DNA of 63,549 bases, counting the filler, from Octopus bimaculoides (taxonomy: Eukaryota): NCBI RefSeq assembly GCF_001194135.2. It is 8 parts of 8 records of this genome, joined end to end, with 100 filler letters (N's around TTAATTAATTAA, not from the genome) between each part and the next. Parts side by side here need not be neighbours in the genome. Positions count along the whole stretch, not along the records: positions 48,001 to 57,630 come from NC_069005.1; positions 57,731 to 59,797 come from NC_068993.1; positions 59,898 to 62,378 come from NC_069006.1; 5 more parts are not named here. One strand, written 5' to 3'. Of this stretch, positions 50,341 to 62,478 are shown piece by piece; positions within the stretch are counted from its first letter, which is position 1, and each line of letters begins with the position of its first letter. Made by a program: the position numbers and the translations under genes. Below the pieces are notes generated by a model that did no database searches, was not told the DNA's origin, and saw only the letters and a program-made list of their open reading frames with translations.

Positions 50341-51291
50341 TGCATGTGTAGCAAAAAGCTCTCGAACTAGTTATGTTTAATATAAAATAACTTATTTACC
50401 TAAGTTTTCACATCATCTCCTTCAAAATAGTCACCTTGCAGAGCAATACAACGGTCTCAACGTTGCTGCCACTTTTGGAATCCGGCCTGAAAGTCGTTTT
50501 CCGCAAGCGAATCGAGGACCTTCTGTGATTCGCGGTGAATCTTGGCAACGGTGCAAAAACGGTGACCGTTGCACTATATTTTCATCTTGAGGAAGAGATG
50601 GAAGTACGCAGACGCTAAATATGGCGAATAAGGTGAGTGGGGAAGTGATACCATGTTGTCTTTAGCGAGAAAGTCACGAGTGAGGAGAGCTCAGTGACAA
50701 AATGCATTGTCGTCTTGAAGAATCCAATTCTTCGCCCTCCACAAATCCGGTCGCTTTCGCTTCCCTCAAATGCTTCAAATATCCTTCCTTCAAATGTCCT
50801 CCCTCAAATACTTCAAAACATCGCAGTAGAACTCTCGATTGATGGCCTGGCTCCAGGAAACGAATTCTCAATGCACAATAGCACATTTTCGGGGATGGCG
50901 CTCGTGGCAGGTCTTTCAGACCGTTCATCGTCTTCCAAGGACGTTCTTCGCTTTTGAAGCGCCTATCCTACACGAAACATTGCGTTCGACCCATTGTCTC
51001 GTCGTCGTAAGCTTGCCAAAGAATGCTCAATATCTCTGTAGCAGACTTCCCAGGTTTAACGCAAAATTTCATGTTGGCTCCTTCTTCTTGTCCATGACAA
51101 AATCGCAGACTACAACATGCACTTAATCACAACAACACAAAACACCTCATTTTGCGAAGTAAACACAGTGATGTCACTCAATACATTGCCGCATGAAGAT
51201 CAATGCCAGCTCTCACTGCGCCGCAGCAGTGTGCTGCTTTCTGTTGACACGCTACAGAACTAGTCCGGGAACTTTGTGATACCATCTTGTA
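50341..51291 (-). mobile_element. Internally deleted mariner element (about 950 bp) with degenerate TIRs
   Basis: N-terminus KFCVKPGKSATEILS...SLEDDERSERPATS joins directly to VH*EFV...FYCDVLK..RKRPDLWRAKNWILQDDNA..PHSPYSPYLASA.FHLF...GDYFEGD. TIR-like ends CAAAAAGCTCTCGAACTAGTT and (rc) CACAAAGTTCCCGGACTAGTT, with TA at the right end. Confidence 0.9.
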
Positions 51292-51699
51292 TATATATAC
51301 ACAATCCCTTATAACACACTAACACACACAACTATATATATATATAGATATATATATATATATATATATACATATATAAATATATATAGATATACATATA
51401 TATGTGTGTGTGTATGTATTTAGGTATGTATATATAAAATGTATATTACATGGATAATATATATGTGATATATATGTGTGCGTATATGTGTGAGTATGTA
51501 TATATATGAAGGCATGTTTAATGCAAAAGAAGTAAAAAACAGAAGGATTTATTAATCATAAAGTTCTCACAGTTGCTATTGGATATTTCAACGCACACAC
51601 ACGTTTGATTCAAAACATTTAAGCATGACTGTGCATAATTTCCATGAAAAAGAAACTTAAAAACTATACTTCTTGACATTTCAAACGCATTTTCCCAAA

Positions 51700-51732
<33 letters not shown>

Positions 51733-51741
51733 TGCTCTTAC

Positions 51742-51775
<34 letters not shown>

Positions 51776-52105
51776 CTTCTTCTTCTTCTTCTTCTTCTTC
51801 TTCTTCTTCTTCTTCTTCTTCTTCTTCTTCTTCTTCTTCTTTTTTTCTTCTTCTTCTTTTCTTCTTTTTTTCTTCTCCTTCTTCTTCTTCTTCTTCTTCT
51901 TCTTCTTCTTCTTTTTTTTCTTCTTCCCCTTCTTCTTCTTCTTCTTCTTCTTCTTCTTTGACCATAATTTGAAACCATTATTATTATCATCATCATCATC
52001 ATCATCATCATCATTATTATTACTATTATTATTATTACTATTATTATTATTATTATCATCATCATTATAATTATTGTTGTTGTTGTTGTTGTTATTATTA
52101 TTATG
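51700..52105. repeat. Compound (TCA)n/(TGT)n/(TCT)n/(TAT)n triplet array
   Basis: Direct inspection. Confidence 0.95.
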
Positions 52106-52393
52106 TTGATTGAGTTTCACCATCATTTTAGTAAAGTACAATGAAAACAAACCTGGCATCTTTTTCCTATGAGAGTTATGTAGCTACTGTAAGCATCAAT
52201 CTTGAGAATATGCGCTTCATAAAGCGAAAAGGAAATTAGTAATTAAGAAAGTGTATCTCCGAACCATTAATAGAACTAGGAAAATATGTAAAACATTCCA
52301 GAGCCTGCAACAAGTGTTGCAGCCGAGCCACGAGCTAACAACACACACGCATCTTATTTATGTACGTGTGTTCGATTTTGTATATATATTGTG

Positions 52394-52424
<31 letters not shown>

Positions 52425-52883
52425 NNNNNNNNNNNNNNNNNNNNNNNNNNNNNNNNNNNNNNNNNNNNNNNNNNNNNNNNNNNNNNNNNNNNNNNNNNNN
52501 NNNNNNNNNNNNNNNNNNNNNNNNNNNNNNNNNNNNNNNNNNNNNNNNNNNNNNNNNNNNNNNNNNNNNNNNNNNNNNNNNNNNNNNNNNNNNNNNNNNN
52601 NNNNNNNNNNNNNNNNNNNNNNNNNNNNNNNNNNNNNNNNNNNNNNNNNNNNNNNNNNNNNNNNNNNNNNNNNNNNNNNNNNNNNNNNNNNNNNNNNNNN
52701 NNNNNNNNNNNNNNNNNNNNNNNNNNNNNNNNNNNNNNNNNNNNNNNNNNNNNNNNNNNNNNNNNNNNNNNNNNNNNNNNNNNNNNNNNNNNNNNNNNNN
52801 NNNNATATATATATATATATAGGGAGAATTCACAAAAAGGCAACAGACGAATACATTAGTATAACGTTCGGGAATTGAATGGT

Positions 52884-52919
52884 CTTTAATGTTTCGAGCC
52901 TACGCTCTTCCACAGAAAG
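52884..52919 (-). ncRNA. Minimal hammerhead-like motif (A6>U variant), same repeat family as 39717
   Basis: Minus strand: CTTT | CTGTGGA A | GAGC-GTAG-GCTC | GAAAC | ATT | AAAG. Confidence 0.45.
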
Positions 52920-54141
52920 GAACGCTGAAACAAACAAGGTCAGAAAAAATGTGTGTAGTGGTTAGCGATCTATCATGGCGAATATATAGACATGCATATA
53001 AGGGTACAGGACGAAACCGATGCTGCAAATAACATGAAATACGTGAACAACGAGAGAGAAAAATGGAGAACAGGACAAGTAAACACAGAGAAAGGACCCT
53101 TCATCAGTTGTCGACTGTCTATCTACTCCTCAGTTCGAGCATTTAACGACAATATGAGTCTTCAAAGACAGATGCTCCTATAAATTCTAAAATAAAATTT
53201 AGGATTTATGGAGGGTTAAAGTTAGGAACAAAACCAGGGTTGTGGAAACATACAAGGAAACCGAACGAGCGAAGACAAATATAGAGGGTCGTTAGACTAG
53301 AACGAGAGGAAAATAGTGAACTCTGTGAGAAATATTTTTTTGAAAAGAGAAAAGATAGAAGAGGGAGAAAAAAAAAACGTCCGTTCTTTTGACCGTCCGT
53401 GCAGTAAAAGAAAGATGGTTACATGAGGAAAAGATGGACGATGGNNNNNNNNNNNNNNNNNNNNNNNNNNNNNNNNNNNNNNNNNNNNNNNNNNNNNNNN
53501 NNNNNNNNNNNNNNNNNNNNNNNNNNNNNNNNNNNNNNNNNNNNNNNNNNNNNNNNNNNNNNNNNNNNNNNNNNNNNNNNNNNNNNNNNNNNNNNNNNNN
53601 NNNNNNNNNNNNNNNNNNNNNNNNNNNNNNNNNNNNNNNNNNNNNNNNNNNNNNNNNNNNNNNNNNNNNNNNNNNNNNNNNNNNNNNNNNNNNNNNNNNN
53701 NNNNNNNNNNNNNNNNNNNNNNNNNNNNNNNNNNNNNNNNNNNNNNNNNNNNNNNNNNNNNNNNNNNNNNNNNNNNNNNNNNNNNNNNNNNNNNNNNNNN
53801 NNNNNNNNNNNNNNNNNNNNNNNNNNNNNNNNNNNNNNNNNNNNNNNNNNNNNNNNNNNNNNNNNNNNNNNNNNNNNNNNNNNNNNNNNNNNNNNNNNNN
53901 NNNNNNNNNNNNNNNNNNNNNNNNNNNNNNNNNNNNNNNNNNNNNNNNNNNNNNNNNNNNNNNNNNNNNNNNNNNNNNNNNNNNNNNNNNNNNNNNNNNN
54001 NNNNNNNNNNNNNNNNNNNNNNNNNNNNNNNNNNNNNNNNNNNNNNNNNNNNNNNNNNNNNNNNNNNNNNNNNNNNNNNNNNNNNNNNNNNNNNNNNNNN
54101 NNNNNNNNNNATATATATATATATACACACACATACATCGC

Positions 54142-54298
54142 CGCAGGCGAGGCTATGTGCTAAATAGCTTACTTCCCAACCACATGGTTCTCAGTTCAGT
54201 CCTACTGCGTGGCGCCTTGCGCAAGTCTTCATCTATAGCCTAAGGCCGACCAAAACTTTGTGAGCGGATTTGGTAGATGGAAGCTGAATGAAGCCTGT
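54142..54298 (+). mobile_element. SINE-A head and core
   Basis: TTCCCAACCACATGGTTCTCAGTTCAGTCC.ACTGCGTGGC...GGCCGACCAAA.CTTTGTGAGCGGATTTGGTAGA. Confidence 0.85.
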
Positions 54299-54618
54299 CC
54301 CATATATATATGTGTGTGTGTGTGTATGTGTGTAAATACGTATATGCATACATATGCATGATGCAACCTATATTCCAAATAGACCTCTACACTAGAAACA
54401 TACTTTTCTATATCGGTGAACATATTCAAAATAAAGCCAGAACATTCATACAAACATGACTGAATACATACATACATACATACATACACACATACACACA
54501 CATATATACATACATGCATACATACATGCATACATACGTGCATATATACATTGACATACATAAACTACACGCATACACACTTAAATACAAACATATGAGA
54601 AACACATGCTCACACATA

Positions 54619-54668
<50 letters not shown>

Positions 54669-54846
54669 TAAGTACACACCGCAGAATTACGTGGAGTGTA
54701 TTCATGTCCATGCATTCATACAAACGGCCCTGCATAGAATTACCTGGTGAAATCATGCACGCTCCACTGCACATTTACACATGCATAAACACATACACAC
54801 ATGTACACATACACACATGTACACATACATACATACATACATACAT

Positions 54847-54877
<31 letters not shown>

Positions 54878-55598
54878 TGCATATTCGCACACATTCATGT
54901 TCACACAGATTGGCGCAGACACACAACCGTTAGATATTTACACAAACGTTTGTACTCCGATGCGAATGCACAGAATCACTCTGCTCCTCGCGTATACCGT
55001 GACCTCAGCGTCTTTCTCTCACTCCCTCTTTTTGGTTCTCTCAATTCTTGCTTCTTCCTTTCTTTCTTTCTTTCTTTCAATTTTTCTTTTCTTTCTTTCT
55101 TTCTTTCGCTAATGTATTCTACACTTCTCTCTGTCTGCCTGTCTGCCTGTTTGTCTGTCCACCTCACTAGTTTNNNNNNNNNNNNNNNNNNNNNNNNNNN
55201 NNNNNNNNNNNNNNNNNNNNNNNNNNNNNNNNNNNNNNNNNNNNNNNNNNNNNNNNNNNNNNNNNNNNNNNNNNNNNNNNNNNNNNNNNNNNNNNNNNNN
55301 NNNNNNNNNNNNNNNNNNNNNNNNNNNNNNNNNNNNNNNNNNNNNNNNNNNNNNNNNNNNNNNNNNNNNNNNNNNNNNNNNNNNNNNNNNNNNNNNNNNN
55401 NNNNNNNNNNNNNNNNNNNNNNNNNNNNNNNNNNNNNNNNNNNNNNNNNNNNNNNNNNNNNNNNTGTGTGTGAATGTGTGTGTGTGTGTGTGCATCTACA
55501 TAGAAAGTTATATAGATGGACAGATAGAAATCTGATTCTCTGCCAGCCTCTCTCTCTTACTTTCCCTCTCTCTCTCACTCTCCCTCTCTCTCACTTTC

Positions 55599-55636
<38 letters not shown>

Positions 55637-56100
55637 ACTCTCTTTCACTCTATATGTGTCTGACTAAGCATTCATCTATATACATAGGAAGGTTTACAGA
55701 ATGGTAAACATAAATCTATTTCACTGTCTGTATGTCTTTCTGTCACTTTCTCTCTATTTTTCTCTCGTTATATGTGTGTGTGTGTGTGCGCGCGCGCGCG
55801 GGTGTTTATGTATTTGTGTGTGTTTGTATGTGTGTGTATGTTTGCGTGCATGCGCGCGTGTGTGTTTGCGTGCATGCGTGTGTGTGAACATGTACGTAGA
55901 CAGAAAGTTATATAAATGCATAGGAAGATAGATGTAATCTGCTTCTCTTTCTCCCCCCTCTCTCCCCCCTCTCTCTCTCTCTCTTTCTACACACACACAT
56001 ACATACAAATACATATAGACACGTGCTTCACGTTAACAGACTTATCACTTTCATAAACACACACTCAAGCATACATACATTGATACATACACACACACAA

Positions 56101-56150
<50 letters not shown>

Positions 56151-57091
56151 NNNNNNNNNNNNNNNNNNNNNNNNNNNNNNNNNNNNNNNNNNNNNNNNNN
56201 NNNNNNNNNNNNNNNNNNNNNNNNNNNNNNNNNNNNNNNNNNNNNNNNNNNNNNNNNNNNNNNNNNNNNNNNNNNNNNNNNNNNNNNNNNNNNNNNNNNN
56301 NNNNNNNNNNNNNNNNNNNNNNNNNNNNNNNNNNNNNNNNNNNNNNNNNNNNNNNNNNNNNNNNNNNNNNNNNNNNNNNNNNNNNNNNNNNNNNNNNNNN
56401 NNNNNNNNNNNNNNNNNNNNNNNNNNNNNNNNNNNNNNNNNNNNNNNNNNNNNNNNNNNNNNNNNNNNNNNNNNNNNNNNNNNNNNNNNNNNNNNNNNNN
56501 NNNNNNNNNNNNNNNNNNNNNNNNNNNNNNNNNNNNNNNNNNNNNNNNNNNNNNNNNNNNNNNNNNNNNNNNNNNNNNNNNNNNNNNNNNNNNNNNNNNN
56601 NNNNNNNNNNNNNNNNNNNNNNNNNNNNNNNNNNNNNNNNNNNNNNNNNNNNNNNNNNNNNNNNNNNNNNNNNNNNNNNNNNNNNNNNNNNNNNNNNNNN
56701 NNNNNNNNNNNNNNNNNNNNNNNNNNNNNNNNNNNNNNNNNNNNNNNNNNNNNNNNNNNNNNNNNNNNNNNNNNNNNNNNNNNNNNNNNNNNNNNNNNNN
56801 NNNNNNNNNNNNNNNNNNNNNNNNNNNNNNNNNNNNNNNNNNNNNNNNNNNNNNNNNNNNNNNNNNNNNNNNNNNNNNNNNNNNNNNNNNNNNNNNNNNN
56901 NNNNNNNNNNNNNNNNNNNNNNNNNNNNNNNNNNNNNNNNNNNNNNNNNNNNNNNNNNNNNNNNNNNNNNNNNNNNNNNNNNNNNNNNNNNNNNNNNNNN
57001 NNNNNNNNNNNNNNNNNNNNNNNNNNNNNNNNNNNNNNNNNNNNNNNNNNNNNNNNNNNNNNNNNNNNNNNNNNNNNNNNNNNNNNNNNNN

Positions 57092-57133
<42 letters not shown>

Positions 57134-57423
57134 ACATATATATATATATATAATTATATGTATCTGTGTATATAATTATACGCATATGTATATACATGCT
57201 CACGCAAAGCGATGGAGAGATAATGAAAAGGAGGATGGGGGAAAAAGATTCCGCCGATGCAGGTGAGGTGGACGCATAACTTTTAAATTTGCCTAACAGA
57301 CCTGATTTTCCACTCCACTAACTTGTTTTAATGAATCCATCCCGCATCTCATATTAATCCACACACACACACGGTCAACTATCTATCTATCTGTCTATCT
57401 ATCTATGTATGCATGTATGTATG

Positions 57424-57460
<37 letters not shown>

Positions 57461-57730
57461 GTCTAGCTTTCCCCCTCTCTCTTTGCTTGTGTGTGTGTGC
57501 GTGTGTGTGTGAGTGTGTGTGTTTGTGTCTATGTTTGTCTGTGCGCGTGTATGTAAATACGTGTGCATGTCCATTTGTGTATGTAGATATACAATTATAT
57601 ATATATATAAGTATATATATATATATATATNNNNNNNNNNNNNNNNNNNNNNNNNNNNNNNNNNNNNNNNNNNNTTAATTAATTAANNNNNNNNNNNNNN
57701 NNNNNNNNNNNNNNNNNNNNNNNNNNNNNN

Positions 57731-57978
57731 GACGATCACGACAACGTCGATGACGTCGACCACGACGATCACAACAACGTCGATGACGTCGACCACGACG
57801 ATCACGACAACGTCGATGACGTCGGCGACAACGTCGATGACGTCGACGACAAGGAAGACGAAGTCGACAACAACATACGACAACCGACAACGAAGACGAC
57901 GACGATGACGACAACGTCGACGATGACGACAACGTCGACGATGACGACAACGTCGACGATGACGACAACGTCGACGAT
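57731..57978. repeat. CpG-rich minisatellite: 33-bp unit x3, then 18-bp unit x4
   Basis: (GACGATCACGACAACGTCGATGACGTCGACCAC)x3 and (GACGATGACGACAACGTC)x4. Confidence 0.85.
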
Positions 57979-58054
57979 GGTGTTGTTGTTGTTGGTGGTG
58001 GTGGTATTCTTGTGAAGAAGCGTTAGTCGGGTACAGAGCTGTAATAAGAAAACG

Positions 58055-58296
58055 GATAACAAAGAAATAACCAATTATCTTATGAACATCATTAGTTTAC
58101 AGCTGTTTCGTTTCCACTTTAAGGTGCGGTCACCTAATCGGTGAGTACTTTAGTAATATATTACTGGTACCTCAGAGCTTCTGATGAAACTGTAATGTGT
58201 TACCCAGGCACACAATGGTAAGCCTACTGCAGGTTATAATGGAAACAGTTGTAAGCTAATGGGGTTCATAAAATATTCAGTTAATCCTTTGTCATC
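58055..58296. mobile_element. Fold-back element with hammerhead-like cores on both strands
   Basis: Arms 58055-58109 and 58242-58296 are 44/55 identical, ungapped, as an inverted repeat. Plus strand: AGCT T CTGATGA...GAAAC AGTT GTA AGCT. Minus strand: AGCT CTGAGGT...GAAAC AGCT GTA AACT. Confidence 0.65.
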
Positions 58297-58899
58297 TCTC
58301 TTATATAGATGTAGCCTTTCTTTGCCTTGCGGAATGATCCCTTGTCAAGACACTGAAATCTAACTTTGAATCTTTTGATCACTATTGTCTTCTATAGTGA
58401 GAATCTTTGGGTCTCATCTGTCAACTATATATACAAATATGTATGTATGTATGAATGTATGTATGTATGTATGTACGTTTGGATGTATGTATGTACGTTT
58501 ATATGTATGTATGTATGTCTTTATGTATGCATGCATGTATGTATGTATGTATGTATGTATGTATGAATGTATGTATGTATGTATGTATGTATGTATGTAC
58601 ATTTGTATGTATGTATGTACGTTTATATGTATGTATGTATGTATATATGCATGCACGTATGTATGTATGTATGCATGTCCATAATGATATAGATTCCATA
58701 ATTGTTGTATATCTAATCATAATGCACTTCAAACTACCAAAAGACTTGCTTTCTTCAGCAACTATCAAACACGTAAAACTGCGAGAATGTGAAGTTCAGA
58801 AAATGGCCAGAATGCATATATTTTGAATTTAGGCTCAATGTTCGCAATTCTATCCAACAAGCCTCAGACACAGGCTATCAGACCAAATATTAAAAAAAA

Positions 58900-59270
58900 A
58901 AAAACCAACAACTTTATTCTTAAAAAACTAATTCTAGAAAATTTATCAGATTTAAGTATGGGTGGAACATTACTCAAGTTAGTATCATATCTACCAACCA
59001 GTTCTTGACGATATTAGATGAATCCCCAAGTAGAGGAATATCTTCAATCACATAAAATCTCGTTAAAATTATGTCAAGTCCGGAACAAGCAAATCATTGT
59101 ATCTTAAGTCAGGTTTTAGAAAATTGTAAGAGATTCTTGCTTAAAAAATTTCACAGGCTCATTTATCAATGTTGGAAAGAGTGACAGTTCCACAAAAAAT
59201 GTGGCGTGTTAACATTGATAGAATGCACCAGAAAATCATGGGAGAAATGGTTGAAACAATTACAGTATAA
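58900..59270 (+). pseudogene. Highly decayed RTE-like RT fragment
   Basis: Fragments NLSDLS.GGTLL, NPQVEEYL, LSQVLENCKRF and QKMWRV..KIMGEMV follow RT domain 0-2 order. Confidence 0.45.
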
Positions 59271-59369
59271 TTATATCTTCATAATGTAATCGTAAAAAAA
59301 ATTCAGTCAAATAATCTTATATTGCTTTCAGAAATTTCCAAAAATATTATATTTTGAGTTGCAGTGTGT

Positions 59370-59555
59370 CTTCCGCAACAAGAGAACCATCGTACACATG
59401 CTACATCTGGCGCGTGAGATTCAAGAAGAGATGAGAGTTCTTTCTGGGACCTAAGCAAAATCTTTTGATCTCATCACTAGAGTCGGCCTGTTTAGGAGAC
59501 TACCACTCATTGGTTGCGCATCTAAACTTCTAAACATCATAAAGTTCTAATAATG
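59370..59555 (+). pseudogene. RTE/BovB-like RT fragment
   Basis: One frame reads QCVFRNKRTIVHMLHLAREIQEEMR...*AKSFDLITRVGLFRRLPLIGCASKLLNIIKF, resembling QCGFRxxRxTxDMIFxxRQLQEKCR...KAFDxVxRxGLxxxLxKxGCPxKLxxII. Confidence 0.7.
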
Positions 59556-59750
59556 GTGTAATCGCCCGAGAAAATTATCTCCCTTCACAAATAAATAGCT
59601 TTTCCAGAAAGTAGGGATAGTACGAAGTACAGAATGGTAACACGAGATAATGTTACATACGTATATAAATACATTCTTGCATACATACATACATACATAC
59701 ATACATGTATGGACGCATACATACGTACACACATGCATGCGTATATACAT

Positions 59751-59797
<47 letters not shown>

Positions 59798-60192
59798 NNN
59801 NNNNNNNNNNNNNNNNNNNNNNNNNNNNNNNNNNNNNNNNNTTAATTAATTAANNNNNNNNNNNNNNNNNNNNNNNNNNNNNNNNNNNNNNNNNNNNTGT
59901 GTGTGTATGTGTGTGCATATATACATGTCATCACAAATTGTTGATGTAAAATATTAAATATTTTATAGAATTAGGTGGATTCACTAAAGGATCATGCACT
60001 CTACATTGATAGATGGGCCACAGAATGAGAGTGTGGGAAGAGAGGGAGAGAAGAGAGAGAGAGAGAGATAGGGGGAGAGAAGAGGGAGATGGAGGAAAGA
60101 GGAAGGAATGAGGAAAAAAAAAAGGGACTGAAAAAAGTAGAGGGAACCAAATAACAGTGATGAGTGTTGTATAAAGGAAGGGAGAATTGCTC

Positions 60193-60228
<36 letters not shown>

Positions 60229-60656
60229 CACCAAACATGCTCCCCACAAATACAGTCATAAATTATTAAACAGTGACACTAACGAACCAGGTGACTATAA
60301 TAATTAAACTAAGTAGTGTCTGTATGGTTAGTACTAAACTAAACAATCAGAAACAGTTGTAACTAAGCTACCAAAGGAGACCCTATGTGGTTAGGCAACC
60401 TGCTAGAAATGGCACTTAAATCTTCCTTAAATAACATTACGCTGACTTAAAAGAGGATGAACACATTGGATTATATACTCCTAGGTAGACAATGTCTACG
60501 TAAAACAGATATGGGTATGATTGGAATATATTTGTTTATGTGGACTAAATGACTACATCTCCCAGTAATCAAGTCACTGTACAGTCTTAAGTCACACTGT
60601 ACTGTCCCTGAGTTGGTGTTGCTGTATCCAAAGTTGCATGGGAAGATGCACAATTA

Positions 60657-60895
60657 TCATCATCATCATCGTTTAACAGATCGCTGCATCAGGCTCCAAT
60701 CTGATCTGGCAGAGTTTCTACAGCTGGATGCCCTTCCTAACGCCAACCACTCCGAGAGTGTAGTGGGTGCTTTTACGTGCCACCGGCACGAGGGCCAGTC
60801 ACACGGTACAGGCAACGGCCACGCTCAAAATGGTGATTTTACGTGCCACCTGCATGGGAGCCAGTCCAGCGGAACTGGCAACGACCTCGACCTTG
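60657..60895 (-). mobile_element. LINE tail-B copy with two diverged internal units of about 66 bp
   Basis: (CAT)n CGTTTAAC...CAGCTGGATGCCCTTCCTAACGCCAACCACTC is the reverse complement of 1-202; the TTTTACGTGCCACC...GCCAGTC...GGCAACG unit occurs twice. Confidence 0.8.
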
Positions 60896-60904
60896 TCTAC
60901 CGCT

Positions 60905-61044
60905 AAGTTCTGAGTTCAAGTTCTGCCGAGGTCGACTTTGCCTTTCATCTTTTCGGGGTCGATAAATTAAGTACCAGTTACGCACTGGGGTCGATGTAAT
61001 CAATTCAAACCCTTTGTCTGTCCTTGTTTGTCCCCTCTATGTTT
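60905..61044 (+). mobile_element. SINE-C, 5'-truncated, sense
   Basis: TTCTGAGTTCAAG.TCTGCCGAGGTCGACTTTGCCTTTCATC...GTCGATAAATTAAGTACCAG; tail TTTGTCTGTCCTTGTTTGTCCCC is also seen (rc) at 30780-30840. Confidence 0.85.
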
Positions 61045-61740
61045 NNNNNNNNNNNNNNNNNNNNNNNNNNNNNNNNNNNNNNNNNNNNNNNNNNNNNNNN
61101 NNNNNNNNNNNNNNNNNNNNNNNNNNNNNNNNNNNNNNNNNNNNNNNNNNNNNNNNNNNNNNNNNNNNNNNNNNNNNNNNNNNNNNNNNNNNNNNNNNNN
61201 NNNNNNNNNNNNNNNNNNNNNNNNNNNNNNNNNNNNNNNNNNNNNNNNNNNNNNNNNNNNNNNNNNNNNNNNNNNNNNNNNNNNNNNNNNNNNNNNNNNN
61301 NNNNNNNNNNNNNNNNNNNNNNNNNNNNNNNNNNNNNNNNNNNNNNNNNNNNNNNNNNNNNNNNNNNNNNNNNNNNNNNNNNNNNNNNNNNNNNNNNNNN
61401 NNNNNNNNNNNNNNNNNNNNNNNNNNNNNNNNNNNNNNNNNNNNNNNNNNNNNNNNNNNNNNNNNNNNNNNNNNNNNNNNNNNNNNNNNNNNNNNNNNNN
61501 NNNNNNNNNNNNNNNNNNNNNNNNNNNNNNNNNNNNNNNNNNNNNNNNNNNNNNNNNNNNNNNNNNNNNNNNNNNNNNNNNNNNNNNNNNNNNNNNNNNN
61601 NNNNNNNNNNNNNNNNNNNNNNNNNNNNNNNNNNNNNNNNNNNNNNNNNNNNNNNNNNNNNNNNNNNNNNNNNNNNNNNNNNNNNNNNNNNNNNNNNNNN
61701 NNNNNNNNNNNNNNNNNNNNNNNNNNNNNNNNNNNNNNNN

Positions 61741-61797
<57 letters not shown>

Positions 61798-62110
61798 AAA
61801 AACAAACATAAAACTTGAAAATACAACAATAAAAACAGAGAACTATAAGAATCTCTAAGAACTTTCTAGAAGGAAGTAGTGGACTACGTATAGGAGTGTG
61901 CAACTGAATGCAGGGTACTACATGGAATGTAACCCCGCACAGCTTACAAGGGTACTTACTGTGTGAAGAATTGGATCTAGAAGAGAGATTTGAAACGGTT
62001 AAAGGTCAAAAATAAAGAAAAGAAATATTTCAGTGTGTGTGTGTGTATATGTGTGTGTGTGGAGGAGAGAGAGAGTATATGCAATGTATGTATGTGTGTG
62101 TGTGTATGTA

Positions 62111-62144
<34 letters not shown>

Positions 62145-62378
62145 AATGTGTGGAGAATGGAGAAACAAACACAAGAAGAAGCAAGTCAATTCTCCATTTA
62201 ATTATAATTATAAACTGCGGTTTAAACAATAATTTACCTGCCTCTGGATACCTTCTAACGAAGACGGTACCCACACAAGTAATTTCCAGGAGTGCCTTCG
62301 GATTTAACTAGATACTTCAGACTACCCCTGAAATATTGAAGCAATCCTATCATTTACCTATATATATATATATATATA

Positions 62379-62478
62379 NNNNNNNNNNNNNNNNNNNNNN
62401 NNNNNNNNNNNNNNNNNNNNNNTTAATTAATTAANNNNNNNNNNNNNNNNNNNNNNNNNNNNNNNNNNNNNNNNNNNN
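62379..62478. other. Artificial contig-join spacer (44 N + TTAATTAATTAA + 44 N); identical spacers at 5781, 18288, 45451, 47901, 57631 and 59798
   Basis: Seven exact 100-bp blocks with a 12-mer giving stop codons in all six frames. Confidence 0.95.

Noticed and set aside
51518-52159. Poly-Lys/Glu/Arg/Asn ORFs
   Set aside because: Pure triplet microsatellite array.
57731-57978. CRISPR-like array
   Set aside because: Units are directly tandem with no unique spacers, and the context is eukaryotic.
59370-59555. Tc1-type transposase fragment (FQQ...H...FW)
   Set aside because: Another frame gives a much longer coherent match to RTE-type RT domains 1-2.
62210-62328. Possible downstream protocadherin exon (TTTCAG|G GSLKYLVKSEGTPGNYLCGYRLR*)
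   Set aside because: An acceptor-like site exists, but the peptide is short and unrecognisable and lies across an unverified contig join.
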